A DNA stretch of 64,000 nucleotides, counting the filler, from Rhabdomonas costata (Eukaryota), in NCBI GenBank assembly GCA_019059605.1. It is 47 parts of 47 records of this genome, joined end to end, with 100 filler letters (N's around TTAATTAATTAA, not from the genome) between each part and the next. Parts side by side here need not be neighbours in the genome. Positions count along the whole stretch, not along the records: positions 24,573 to 25,837 come from JAHMHO010021393.1; positions 25,938 to 27,202 come from JAHMHO010021394.1; positions 27,303 to 28,567 come from JAHMHO010021395.1; positions 28,668 to 29,931 come from JAHMHO010021396.1; positions 30,032 to 31,296 come from JAHMHO010021397.1; positions 31,397 to 32,661 come from JAHMHO010021398.1; positions 32,762 to 34,026 come from JAHMHO010021399.1; positions 34,127 to 35,383 come from JAHMHO010021400.1; 39 more parts are not named here. One strand, 5' to 3'. Shown here piece by piece: positions 25,595-38,211 of this stretch. Made by a program: the position numbers and the translations under genes. The notes beneath the pieces are model-generated. The model did not search any database and was not told the origin of the DNA. It worked only from the letters and a program-made list of their open reading frames with translations. The stretch's first letter is position 1. Every line of letters starts with the position of its first letter.

Positions 25595-27482
25595 GTTTGT
25601 ATCCCCCCCCCCTCTTCCTTTGGCGAACGATTGGGACTTTACCCCAGGGATGGATCAGGATTGGCCACGATCATAAAAAACGTAAAGAAACGCAAAGGAA
25701 AAGTGAAATTCAGGGTTTCGAAAAACTGTTAAAAAAACAACGAAGAAAACATAGTGAAAAATTGAAAAAACAATCGAAGAAGAAAAAGATGCAGTAGAAA
25801 ATGACCTCTGGCCACCGTGATCAGGAAAAAAACAAAANNNNNNNNNNNNNNNNNNNNNNNNNNNNNNNNNNNNNNNNNNNNTTAATTAATTAANNNNNNN
25901 NNNNNNNNNNNNNNNNNNNNNNNNNNNNNNNNNNNNNGTGTGTGTTTGTAAAATTGTAAAATTAGTTTTATCACTTTCAAAAAAAATAGAGCGTAACTCT
26001 TTAAATCAAAATCCTTCGTTTTCTGCCATGGAAGCCTCTGGGCCCACCCTTCCAAAGCACTGGGTCCCACATTCCAACATTCACATTGACTACTGCAATC
26101 GACACAGGTGCGTTCAAACACACGTTGTGCACTTGGTAAGGGTAAAGTTTCTCTGGGGAGTACTTGAGGTCCACTTCCCCTGGGCTCCCAACGGTCGATG
26201 GGGGCCATGAGCCAATCTGCCCACCTCTTACTTCGTTCGTCACACACACAGATGCACACCACTCCAGCGCGCCACGCTGCCATCCCACAGGCAGCCATAC
26301 TCCTCCTGCAGCTTTCCCTGCCACTCCTGCAAAAGAAAGATGATCCAGTCACATCCAGATAAGCGCACACCCGCACCCCCATTAACACACTGAAACTGTT
26401 GCATCACGTGACATCGCGGGCTGGTAAAAAAAGCAAAACGTTAACAGTGACAAGTGCCCATTTTAAGAGAGGTAGGAAAACTGTCCTGCCTCCCACTCCC
26501 GCAGACACAAGGAAGGCATGGGTGTGGGGGTGATGACGGGAGAGCTGCTCTTCTGTCACATTGGCTAGCTCATCACGCCAGCTCTACTTCCTCGCGGACC
26601 ACTTCCAAAAGAGCCGATCAGCCTCCGCACAACTCAAGCCCGTAGTTTTTGTGTACGTGCTGTTAACGGGCCCAGTGCTGCGGTCCTGACCTGAACGTGG
26701 GAGGGAATCCCCTGCGCCGCAACCGCGATCTGCTGCTGCAGAACGATGACCTCTGACACGAAGGCGCGAAGAAAAAAAAAAGAAAGCAAAAGGCAGAAAG
26801 AACGAAAACACGGGCAGTCCAGTGTCATTCCCAGAGGGAACCCAAGGGGCTTGCATTCGTCAACGGGTGATGTGAGGTCATTCATTCCCTGGCCCATTCC
26901 ATACCACTCGCTCACTCCTCTTTGCTGGCAGTTGGTCTGAATATCGATGTTACCGCCGCTGAAAGTAAAGTTCAGTAAAGGTCGGCACTGAAGTGGGGTT
27001 GAACTCGCACCAGCGGTTTCGGCGATGATGGTCATCAACGTCCTCTCCGCAAAGTCCTGAAAGGATGGAGCCAGGGTGTGAAAGAATCACACAGCAGAGA
27101 ACACTGAGGACGGTGGATCAGTGGAACCCATCGCACCAGATGCAGCAGTTGCCTGTCGTTTGTTTAGAGGAGGGCACCACACTAGTCCAGGAACAAACAA
27201 CCNNNNNNNNNNNNNNNNNNNNNNNNNNNNNNNNNNNNNNNNNNNNTTAATTAATTAANNNNNNNNNNNNNNNNNNNNNNNNNNNNNNNNNNNNNNNNNN
27301 NNCTTCGTACTTACCCACTGAGTCAAAAGCGTAAGGGTATGTTCTTCGCGTGTACCTCGAATGCTCCACTCTACCACCATAGTTCAGTCCCCGACTCACG
27401 TCGGTACGTTCACTCGGTCACATTCACACACGAAAAGAGACAGGAACCAAGCATAGGATCAGAGTGACATGGGTAAGAGGCA

Positions 27483-28567
27483 GTGACAAGAAGGCACGGA
27501 GACACCGACAGCAAGAAGCCCACAGCAAGTACAGCACACACCAACCCTAGAGACTACGACAGCGACACCACTACAGCAAGACCAGCGAACAGAGAAACGG
27601 AACCCAAGCATCCACCCACATCAGCAACCACAAGGCCAAGCAGCAACTCCTTCGACACTCCGACACACGAACCAGGAATACCAGCCACCACAAGCACAAC
27701 CAACAAGAGCTGACACCGACACCGACAGGAGACACAACATGCACCTTACCACCAAAACCTGAGCCCCAACCTGTGACACCGTGACACCAACACCCAACGC
27801 ACCACCCACTGCAGAACCAGCACCACCAACACCAGAGACAGACACAGCATCAACCCACACCCGACCCACTCCAACACCAGACACAGACCCTGGCGCAGAC
27901 CCAGTAGCGAACACAGAAGCAGCACGGACACCAGACACAGCAACGGAAGCAGAACCAACACCCTGACCCAACGTGACACCAACACCAACAGCAGACCCTA
28001 CGCTAACATCCTCAACAGTAACACCGACAACACTGCGCACACCAACCACTACTCCTACTCCTGCAACAACAACACCTACCCTACACACTACGAAACAACC
28101 CTACCCCATACACTACGAAGAAGAAATAGAAGAAGAAGAACACACGCGAGAAACCAGCAGCACCAACAGCAACCACTGCACTCAACCCAACACTGTACAC
28201 ACACACTGCACTCGACACACCCAACCCCTCAACCCCAGAAACATCACCACCGCAAACGCACCCAGCAACATCACAAAACTCACACCCAACCCTGCGACTC
28301 CACAGAACCCCGACCCTGCACCACAAAGAATGACACACAGCCACACCAGACCCAACATCCAAACCAACTCAGCCACCGAACCATCCACTCCACAGCACTC
28401 CTCTGCACACCACAGCTCCAACGCAATACACCACAATTCACCATGCTCCAACTACCATTCACCAGCCCAAGTACCCTCCAACCAAATGCAACAGCTAAAC
28501 ATCAAAACGAGCACCCACCAACCCACCTAAAAAACCAACGCCAACACCACGGAAGCGCACACAAACA
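27483..28567. repeat. A/C-rich strand-asymmetric low-complexity tract (Thr/Pro-rich if translated, with in-frame stops)
   Basis: Strong depletion of G and T on the + strand; recurrent GTGACACCAACACC motif. Confidence 0.75.
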
Positions 28568-29252
28568 NNNNNNNNNNNNNNNNNNNNNNNNNNNNNNNNN
28601 NNNNNNNNNNNTTAATTAATTAANNNNNNNNNNNNNNNNNNNNNNNNNNNNNNNNNNNNNNNNNNNNGGTGGGGTGTGGACAGCCAATCTGTTTTGCAGT
28701 ATGCATTTATGGCTGAGCTACACTTCAAGGGGGCACCTCAGTGGATGGGTATGTACTGGTAGGTGGGTATTTGGGTGTTTGGCAACCGCTTTCCTCCTCC
28801 TTACGCATACGAGTTCCTTAAGAGTCCTCCTTGTGCACACGGACGAGTTGTTATCAGCTCGGAGGTTGATTACTCTCCCGTGTGCCATTCCTGGGGGAGA
28901 TTTGACTAATTTCCATTGACTTTCCAGCACCGCCCTGCAGGTGAAGAAACTGCCGCATCATAAATGCACAAAATAATCTTCGTTTCTGGAGTGGTGGCTC
29001 ATTGGGGAGAGGGAATTTATCTGTGGGCTGTTCTCTGTCGGTCTGCTAAGACTATTTTGGAGCCTTAAGGGGTCATGTGTGGTGACTCGGTCCCGTTATG
29101 TTAAGGTTTCTTTGGGCATATCCTTTTCGTGCTGGCATGTTTTGTGTGGCGGTGCTTGGCTACTGTGTTAACTTTCAGCCACCCACTGAAGGAAGACGTG
29201 CGCGTGTGGACGAGTTTTCCATTTCGTGCTGGCTTCCCTGTGCTTCTTTCAG

Positions 29253-29335
29253 GGGTGGATGGCAAAGTTTTGCTGTGGAACACCAACTTCGACAAGTCGG
29301 ACCAGGGCCAGGGCTCTTCCCTGTGCTGCATGCCA
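29253..29335 (+). CDS. WD40 exon resembling the last repeat of centriolar POC1
   Basis: GVDGKVLLWNTNFD resembles POC1 G-x-D-x-x-V-x-x-W-x-T-N-F-D; polypyrimidine tract plus CAG acceptor; donor position uncertain. Confidence 0.55.
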
Positions 29336-30320
29336 GGTGAGAATGGGCCACTCTAGCAACGATCTATCCCCCCACCCCCCGAAGCAGCTCCAAGTAAACC
29401 AGTCCTCGCAGGTCGTCCTGGTCCACATCTGATGATGCAAGCCTCTTGGCCTGCTCCTTTGCAGAGTGGTTGGTGTGGCCGGACTCGTGGGTCAAAGTTA
29501 CCCAAGCCGGAGGCTGAATGCACTCTCCTTCTGCTTCGTTGGGTGGAAGCGCTGGTTGTTCAGGGGATCTTCTTGGGTTCTATGGGTCCTGTTGGAGTTC
29601 GCAAAATTTTGGAACCTGGACCATTCAGCGCTTCTGCGCCAAGGAAATTGCGGGCCATCCGAAATCATGTGCGATCACTCGCCCGCTGTCATCACACAGA
29701 AGAGTGCTGGAGCCTGTGAGTGAGATTTGCTCTCATCTGCGTGCCGTGATTGACGCTACCACCTGCAGCGAATACAGCAATGCGATGACTGAATTCTCCT
29801 TGGGTTTTGTGCTCTAGGCTTTTGTGTTGCCAGTCTTGGCCGTTGCCAACTGACCACGTGCGTGTTTGATGTGCACTTCTTCGGTTCTAATGCGTCAGTG
29901 AGGTTTCCTAAGAACCAGCGGCCCACTAGAGNNNNNNNNNNNNNNNNNNNNNNNNNNNNNNNNNNNNNNNNNNNNTTAATTAATTAANNNNNNNNNNNNN
30001 NNNNNNNNNNNNNNNNNNNNNNNNNNNNNNNTTGTGTGTGTTACCAATTTTGGTTTCAAAACAGTTCTGCATTTTTATCAGAAAGAGTTGGCCAAGGGGT
30101 ATGTGGATTTATTTTCGCAGTGACGGAACAAATTATCAGATAATAAATTTGTGCATAAATTGCGCCATATTTTGCCAGAAGGGCCCGATTGCGCGCCCGG
30201 AGCCCTTCAATACCTCTTTTTTAATTCGCACACACGTTTGCTGTAATTGCCTAACTGAGAGAAATTTTTCGCAGAGCTGACAGCGCTTTCCTGTTGTCAG
30301 ACTCGGTGTAATTCAGTTTT

Positions 30321-30362
30321 CGATTCCATACAGGCATGCTCCGATTCCATACAGGCATGCTC
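30321..30362. repeat. Exact 21-bp tandem duplication
   Basis: CGATTCCATACAGGCATGCTC x2. Confidence 0.95.
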
Positions 30363-31396
30363 ATCACTGCGGCTATGTGAGTGGAATTTATCAAATTTTT
30401 TTCCTTTTGTTTCCAACCACTTTGCAGCTTTACTGCGTCGCTGTTTTGGACTGTTGGTTTCTTCTCGGCTTTTGAACTGTTCCCCCATGGTGGGCTCCAC
30501 CGCCTTGGCGGTGGAGCCGGAGTTCTGGATTCCCTCCCGTCCAGAGGATCTTTTGGGGCTCTGTTCGGGCCGCCGCCGGGTCGCGGATGAGGCTGATCAG
30601 GGGGACGGTGAGTGTGACCAGGAGGCGGAAAGATACACTGTCCAGGTTGACACTCAAATACCATGTTCTTTCCGAAATTTCTGTTGCTCCCCTTCCCATT
30701 CTACTCACCAGTTTCTTTCATTCGTTTCACGGCCCTCCCTCCCAAACTTGGCCCTCACCCTGGTACCGAACCCAGTGCGTTTCAGTGCCTTTTTTATTGG
30801 AGGAATACTAAACTATATGTAGGCTTAACAAATGGAAAACCTCCGCGGCGTGGGCGGCTTTGCGGGACCTTTTCCTGGAATCAAATTTTGGGCCCTGCAA
30901 GCTGTGTGACAGTGACATATTACAAAGGGACAAGTTGAGTCTTATACTTTGCTATTACTGTAGTGGTCGCTCGCACTCGCGCTCGCGCGAGGCGAGAAGA
31001 ATAGAACACTTGGGACTTTTTCAGCGAAAATGCGTCCGCCAAACTCCAGCAGAGAAAAACACTCGAATATTGAACGGAAAAGATTTCCTTTTTTGCCCCC
31101 TACCGTACAGTTCTTTACAACAGTTCTTTCTCTTATCCTTCGCTTCATGTGTTTCACTGGAATGAGCTTGAGGTAGTCGATGGCGATTGATTTGGGAATG
31201 AGTTATGGATTATGTTTCGTCTACGCTGGCAACTCCAAAATCGCACCACACACGAACGCCTACTGCTACCCCAACCCCCCAAACTCACCTAACACANNNN
31301 NNNNNNNNNNNNNNNNNNNNNNNNNNNNNNNNNNNNNNNNTTAATTAATTAANNNNNNNNNNNNNNNNNNNNNNNNNNNNNNNNNNNNNNNNNNNN

Positions 31397-32661
31397 AGCA
31401 GCTACGGGCTCTGATGGCGCGGTGTGGGGTTTTCCCGGATGTGGTCACCTTCAATATGCTCCTGAATGCCCACGGCAAGGCCCTCAACATGGGTGTGCCC
31501 GAACGAGAACGAATGCTTTCCTGCTTTTCCGGTTGGTTTTTGGGGTTCCACGTAAACCGGCATCGTGAATGCTGTCTATCTTCCGCTCGAACTGGACCCA
31601 TGATATGAGGACCCGTGTGAATTCATTGGCCAGTTGAAACTCTTCGAATTTGCGCTATCCCCGCCCTCTCTAAGGCCTTTTGCTTCTTTGTTCCTGTTCG
31701 GCATCCAACCACTACCACGCACCCCTTCTTTGACACCATTCGATGGAGGTTATTATAAAGGTGCTAAGATGTTTGCGGGAGAAACGCCTGGTGGAGAGGA
31801 TTGAGAATATCTCGTGTGAGGCACAATAACTTCCTCTCCAGTCCGGCGCGACGGTGCGACGGTGAACGGTTGCACACATTTTTAACGGATGGATTTTCAC
31901 CCGCACCTTGTACCCGCTGTCTTGTTCGCTGTGCTAGTTGTGCCTTTTTTGCCAGCAAAGCGCGGGTTTCTGTTACAAATCGACCGGATTCAATTCCAAA
32001 AGACTGTTAGGGCATGGAAGAAAATAGTGTGCGGTCTTGCACCTCTTGCGGGTTTCAGAGGCAGTGGCGCAGGTGGAGCAGGAGATGGCCCAGGCCGGGA
32101 TTCGCCCTGATGTCAGCACCTTCACGGTGCTAATGGAAATCTATGGCAAGGCGGGAAACCCCACTCCCATGCCGCTCCCCATCTCTCCCTTCTCTTCCAC
32201 TCCACCCCATCTCTGCCCGCCACAGCCCTCCCCTTCCGATAAATCCCGTCGGTGCCGCCCACTCTACGCTTCAGGGGATCCTTCTGAAAAGCACGATCGA
32301 GGGTGGGGATGGCGCATTTCAAAAAGATTTGAGACAACGAGGAACCTTTCTGGTTTTCCAGTAAAACTTTCGCGCGTTACGTTCTGTTCAAATGAACCCG
32401 ATGAAAAGACCAGACGAGACAATCATTGATTCTCGCACGTGTGCAACTATGCAAAAGGATCTGGGTCTGCTTCGGCTCGGCTTTATAGTTTAGGATTTGG
32501 GGTGATTGTAGTGTAGGCCCTGGCAGCCAAATGTGACTGGACGACCTTGACCTTGGGCATTGCGAGCTCCTTTCTATCACATTCTTCACTAGGCTCGGCG
32601 TTGGGACAACGTCGCCAGGTTGAAGCAGCAGATGACAGCTCTGGGCATCTCCCCACCACCC
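31397..32661 (+). CDS. Pentatricopeptide repeat protein, three exons (31397-31492, 32059-32150, 32593-about 32655)
   Basis: Spliced product gives two exact 35-aa repeats, PDVVTFNMLLNAHGKALNMEAVAQVEQEMAQAGIR and PDVSTFTVLMEIYGKARRWDNVARLKQQMTALGIS. Confidence 0.9.
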
Positions 32662-33449
32662 NNNNNNNNNNNNNNNNNNNNNNNNNNNNNNNNNNNNNNN
32701 NNNNNTTAATTAATTAANNNNNNNNNNNNNNNNNNNNNNNNNNNNNNNNNNNNNNNNNNNNGGTTGGGTTGAAAGTCGTTGAGGAAAGACTCGCGAGTTG
32801 CTTGGTGACATGTTCAGCTTCTGTGACGATCCTGCGGTTCCTGAGAGGCATGGTGGTGCCGTACGTATTATCGTTTGGTGCCATTCGGCTAAGCACCCAT
32901 ATGTTTCTTCAAAAAGGTTTGCTTTTGCGAGGGTAGCATAGGAGTGGCTTCGACGCCTGCGGTGACTCAGAGAATTGGAATATTCTGATCAAATACAGAA
33001 GCAATGCTGTGTGCCTGAAACTCAAAACCTGACGCAACAGGGGGCAAAAGCTTTCTCTCACTTTTCCCCGCTTGTGTACGTGCAAGCGCTCCAGTTTCCT
33101 TTTAGCACGTGCATTTACGCAGTTCCGCATTCCGCGTTCTTCGTTCTTTGTTTTTTGTTTCAGGAAGTTTATTTGTGCCAATATTTACGTCCACTGATGC
33201 TTGGGGGGGGGGGTTATCAAGAATCTGAAAGGTCCCGAAGTTCCAAACGCACCAATAGCAACCCGAAAATTCAAGCTTTTCAGAGCCATATTTAACCGAC
33301 TGTACTTTGCACCCGTAATTTGCTTTTGCCATTTTACAGACGTAGTTTCAATCAATCAATCAATCAATCAATTATCCAGCCAGTCAGTCAGTCATTCAAT
33401 CAACTAATCGATCCATTAATCAGTCAGAAAGTCAACTGAATCACTCTAG

Positions 33450-33594
33450 GAAAGGGAGGGGGGGGGTTCTCGAAAGATCTAACGGTCCACTACATCCCTG
33501 CTCACATGCCTGTCGACCTGGAGGCTGGGCTGCGGGAGGCCTTCCGCTCTGGCGATAGTGCCTCAAAGCTGGTCGTCATGAACATCGGCCTTTG
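33450..33594 (+). CDS. Possible PC-esterase/SGNH-like exon
   Basis: ...LREAFRSGDSASKLVVMNIGLW resembles the VVMN-x-G-x-W motif; TAG acceptor and G|GT donor. Confidence 0.4.
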
Positions 33595-34746
33595 GTGTGG
33601 GGCTGCTTTCTTTTTGTCGCTTTAAATTGACATGTTATGTTTTTATTGGCATTGTATTCGCATTGATTGTCACCAAGTGGAAAATGTAAAATCATGTTGG
33701 TGGATGGTGGGGAGGCGGCTTGACCGTATTGTTTCTACTTTTTATTTAAGGTCTTTACCTTGTGTAGCGTTTTTTATCTTTCGGGATTGATTGCCTTCCT
33801 GCACCGTTACCTGCAATTTATGCGGGATTTTTCCGCCAGTTTCCCCAGACGAAGACGTGCCTTTTTCTGAAATCTGCTTGCTTGATTTTAAAGAGCTTTT
33901 TCAGTGCCCTTATTCACACTCTGGGTTGCATATGGGTTATGGAACTTCCCTGGTATAGGCCGATGGCGGGGCAGAACCACCTGCAAGTGGTCCGGAAGCA
34001 CGATCCAGATGTCAGTCCCACCCCCCNNNNNNNNNNNNNNNNNNNNNNNNNNNNNNNNNNNNNNNNNNNNTTAATTAATTAANNNNNNNNNNNNNNNNNN
34101 NNNNNNNNNNNNNNNNNNNNNNNNNNGTTGTGTTTTTCTTTGTAGCAACGGAGAAATTTTGAAAACTGATTGGGTCAGTGGCATATGTCCGAAAACGCGG
34201 TGAAGAATTGATGTGCATCCTTTGCTCGTGGGGAAATTTACCGCAGTGCCTCATCGCTGGCCCATTCTCTCTCCCTGCCTCCCGCATCCAATGATGGTAT
34301 ATTTACGCAATAACACTGAAGCGCGCAGGTCAGGTTTCGGTTTTTCGTTCACCTGATAAGAATGGTTCTATGTGTTGGCTGCGGCAGATTTAATTCACAC
34401 CTTCATTGAATGCACGTTGAATTATTTAACGCACGATTGAAAAACCACATTGCGGCGCTCCTTGGTTGGAGGATGGCCAACAATTTATCATTCCTTGGGT
34501 TTGCCCTTGGCTGGTAACCACGCTCTTGTCTGATTTATGTCTCTTGATTCCTGATTCCGGGCTAATTTTTGGCTTTTTTGTCTGTCATTACCAGGGGCGG
34601 CGGTAACAACTTTGATTCTGAACGATTTATCATTTGTTAGTGTCCGATGTCTGCAGTGCTTGGCGAGGGCTGGGGATCATTATAGCATCTTATCAATTTC
34701 TTCTTGACTGCCTGCTCGAACTCTTCACAATTCTTCACTATCGCCA

Positions 34747-35197
34747 ATGAAGTTGACCCTGGTGCACGTTTGGGTAAAGCCCGACCGGGTCGACGACTTC
34801 ATCGCCGCGTCCAAGCAGAATCACCAGAACTCGATCAAGGTATCCTTTCCAAGCATCTAGCGAATTAAAAAAGAAAACTCGAAACGGAAAATATTTAACA
34901 CACGGATATCGCCTCCATCACGGGCTCTCACCCGTAAACTTTCGGCTGTCAGGTGGCTTCTGCGCCGCTGAACTTTCTTCCCTTCTTTCTTTGATGTAAT
35001 ATTTGCATCAGTTTGCATTGGGGTGTGAGCATTTATGTCTTTATTTATAGATGCTGGTGGTTGGGGTGGTTCAGGAACCCGGAAACATGCGCTTTGACGT
35101 GCTGCAAGACCCCAAGGAGCCCACCAAGTTTATCCTTTACGAAGCATATGAATCGGACGAGGCCGCGGCGGCTCATAAGGACACGGCTCACTACAAG
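34747..35197 (+). CDS. lsrG: LsrG-like ABM-family protein (phospho-AI-2 isomerase-like), exons 34747-34839 and 35075-35197; 3-prime exon outside the contig
   Basis: [72 protein letters not shown] aligns without gaps to bacterial LsrG as I recall it; phase-0 GT-AG intron; second GT donor at 35198. Confidence 0.88.
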
Positions 35198-35513
35198 GTA
35201 GGATACCAACATCTTAACAAGTCACATCGTAAATTAAGTTCGTTTATTTAGGTGTTATAAAGAGTTTATCCAACGCCAAGAAAGCCACTCTGAAATAACG
35301 CCAAATCGAAATTCGTCGCGTGCTGCTCTCTTGCGCTGTTGAGTTATAAAAAAGCTGGTAACAAAGCTTTTCGACACACAACANNNNNNNNNNNNNNNNN
35401 NNNNNNNNNNNNNNNNNNNNNNNNNNNTTAATTAATTAANNNNNNNNNNNNNNNNNNNNNNNNNNNNNNNNNNNNNNNNNNNNGTGTGGGGGGGGTAGTT
35501 GGGTGGGAGAGTA

Positions 35514-36693
35514 TCACTGAGTGCCTGGAGCGGCAGCGGAGGGGTTTCCTCGAGTATAGGGCACTCCACGGGAACGGCAGTGGGCCAAGCGGTCCCTCTC
35601 CAGCACCACAAGCTGCTTGAAGAAGACGTCCATGGGGTGCTCCCATGTCGACTCCCCCTGACCCCACCCCCATCACCAGTGTCGAAGAGGCGGTGGTTAG
35701 TGAAAGCGTATTTAAAAAAAATTGTTCAAAATTTTACCATGCAAACGATTAGGTAGCTGACGTAAGCGCCCTCGAAATGACTTTACCGTAAGGGGGGTTG
35801 GGTGACCTGCGCTGGTGTCCCAAGATGAGTATTCTTGGTTTGTAACCCAAAAGGACAGGGGTTGGAAAAAATGCAAATGGGCCAGACCAAAAATGCGACG
35901 CAAAAAATGGCAAAAAGTGCATTTCAAATTTCCGCCCCGGTTCCATTTTGTCAACTTCACAAAACCGAATTACAAGGGCAAGAGAGGGGAGAATTTCCAT
36001 CAGCTTCAGCAGCAGACACCAGCGGCGACAAGCGTGGGGACCCAGAAATCGGCTCCGGAAGGAAAAATGCAAAATGGGGTCAAAAAAGGGTCAATTTGCA
36101 AAAATGCATGAAAAGTGCCCCTGGTTGCACACGATCTACCTCGCTACGTCATGCAGTTCGGTGTAGCGCATAGGGTTACTGATAGCCGTAAGCGTGCTCA
36201 CCTCTCAGAGCCCTGTCAGAGCAGTCTGGGGTGCGGTGAAACCCGACCCCTGTGGTGCTGTGTTGTCTTCTGCTCCCGCATACTCGCCCACGTCTCCCTG
36301 TTCTAGCGAGACGGCTGTTCCCAAGGCCCCAAGGCAACCAAAAATCAGATTCGGGGGACAGCTGTGCAAGAGCATTTGCATATCCCGTGTTCCTCGGGGG
36401 TTGGACTGAGCGCCTTCCGAGGGAAGGGTAGAATGGATTGCAAGAAAAGCTTTTGCAGGAGGGGGTTAGGTGGTGATGCACGCGTCCCCTAGGATCCCGA
36501 TGGAAGGGTTTGCAGGAGGTTCGGTGGCGATGCACGTGCTCGTATTTTACAACCACAATACCGTCTCGAAGTTGAAGTAGTAGAGGTCCCCAGAGTCCGT
36601 CTTGCACGGCCGCCAGGGCTCGGGCAGCGGGGTGGTCAGCCCGTCCCGAGCGATCCACCGCAGCTCCGGCTCCGAGGCTTGCAGCCCTAGCCA
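35514..36693 (-). CDS. CEP164-type WW domain protein, exons 36693-36562 and 35657-35514
   Basis: WLGL...[47 protein letters not shown] matches the CEP164 N-terminal helical plus WW module; GT-AG intron, phase 0. Confidence 0.88.
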
Positions 36694-36886
36694 CTGCGCC
36701 CCCCCCACACCACACACACAATGCAGACAAAACATACACCACAACCNNNNNNNNNNNNNNNNNNNNNNNNNNNNNNNNNNNNNNNNNNNNTTAATTAATT
36801 AANNNNNNNNNNNNNNNNNNNNNNNNNNNNNNNNNNNNNNNNNNNNGTGTGGTTTGCAAGGGTGACGAGGATGATAAGGAGCCGCC

Positions 36887-38111
36887 ATCGGGGGAAGAGC
36901 GTTTGGATCCTCTGCAGCGTGGGATACAGAAGCAGGAGCAGGTTTCGGTCGCCGTCTGTCAGGGGGCGGTACATCAACGATGATACCGCCAAGAATTCCG
37001 TCAATCGCCCTCTCCAGATTCCCGTTTGTAGTCCGAAGGGCTCGCTCTGCCAAGGAACGTGGTGTTCCCTCCAGAATCTCTAATATCTGCAACACTTTGG
37101 GGTCCTTCGGTGGAGGCGGCTCCTTATCATCCTCGTCACCCTTGCAAATCACGACAGAAGCACCGTTCGAGAGTACAAAGGCCAGGCTGCGTCGCTCACA
37201 GGCAAACGGAAACATCGCAGTTGCTTTGGTGCCTTCGGGCCGCACAACAGTGACCCTGTCAGGTTGGAGCTCCACCGTGTAAATGCCACGGGCGTTCCCG
37301 GAAACCACTGTCACGTCCAGTCCTCGGTCAAGGTTGCTCGTCAGCCGGTGAAACCCAAACCCCAACGTCGTGCTGCTGTTTCCGCCAGCCGAGAAGTCAA
37401 ACTCAAACCAGGTGCAGGTGCGAGGGACAGTGAGACAAGCAATTTTGGGCCCGTTCGACCCAAGGCCGGCATCCCTCTCATCCTCACCAATCGTAATGGC
37501 CGAGTGGCAGCGCTTGCGGTCAAAGCTTGGAACGGGCCCTAGTGCCGAAGTCTGCTCAGGAAGTCCCAAAACAACGGCGTTTGTCATGAGCATGGCGGTT
37601 CGAGTCGACGAAGAAATTGCAAGCCCGGACTTCGGATTCCGCTGCAGGCAAACCGCAAAGGTGTACAGACCCGACATGCTCTCCGTCGGGCACCGCTTTT
37701 CAATTTCCCCGTTTCGAAGAATTGTCAGTTCGCCAGGCTCAAGCCGAATCTCCAGAGATGTTCCAGCAGTAACGCTTTGACCTGGAATGAGTTTTACAAC
37801 CAGAGACAAATCTTCTGGATCCATGGAGCACAGGGGCTTCGCGGAAGCCCTTTCTTTTTCCACGGATTTCTCTGACAAAAGCCCGAACCAAACTAAAGCG
37901 CTCAGATGCTCCACTCTATAAAATGTCACGGCAAAAGCAGCGGGGCCATTAATATCGAAGCTGCGGTCCAGGACAAAGGTCCCCTCCGAGAAAGACGGAC
38001 CCCAGATTATGCCAGCTCCCCCACAGCGCAGACACCTGGAGTTGGGGTGCAGGCAGTCTGGGGAGGTGAATTGAACGGGCAGACGCTGGCCCTTCAATTC
38101 ACCTCCCCCCA
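36887..38111 (-). CDS. Protein with two SPRY/NHR-like beta domains followed by a UBA domain (partial)
   Basis: Contig-long open frame; UBA-like DPKVLQILEILEGTPRSLAERALRTTNGNLERAIDGIL; two units starting FTSPDCLHPNS and FDRKRCHSAITI; residues from 36886 downward come from a fold-back artefact. Confidence 0.7.
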
Positions 38112-38211
38112 NNNNNNNNNNNNNNNNNNNNNNNNNNNNNNNNNNNNNNNNNNNNTTAATTAATTAANNNNNNNNNNNNNNNNNNNNNNNNNNNNNNNNN
38201 NNNNNNNNNNN

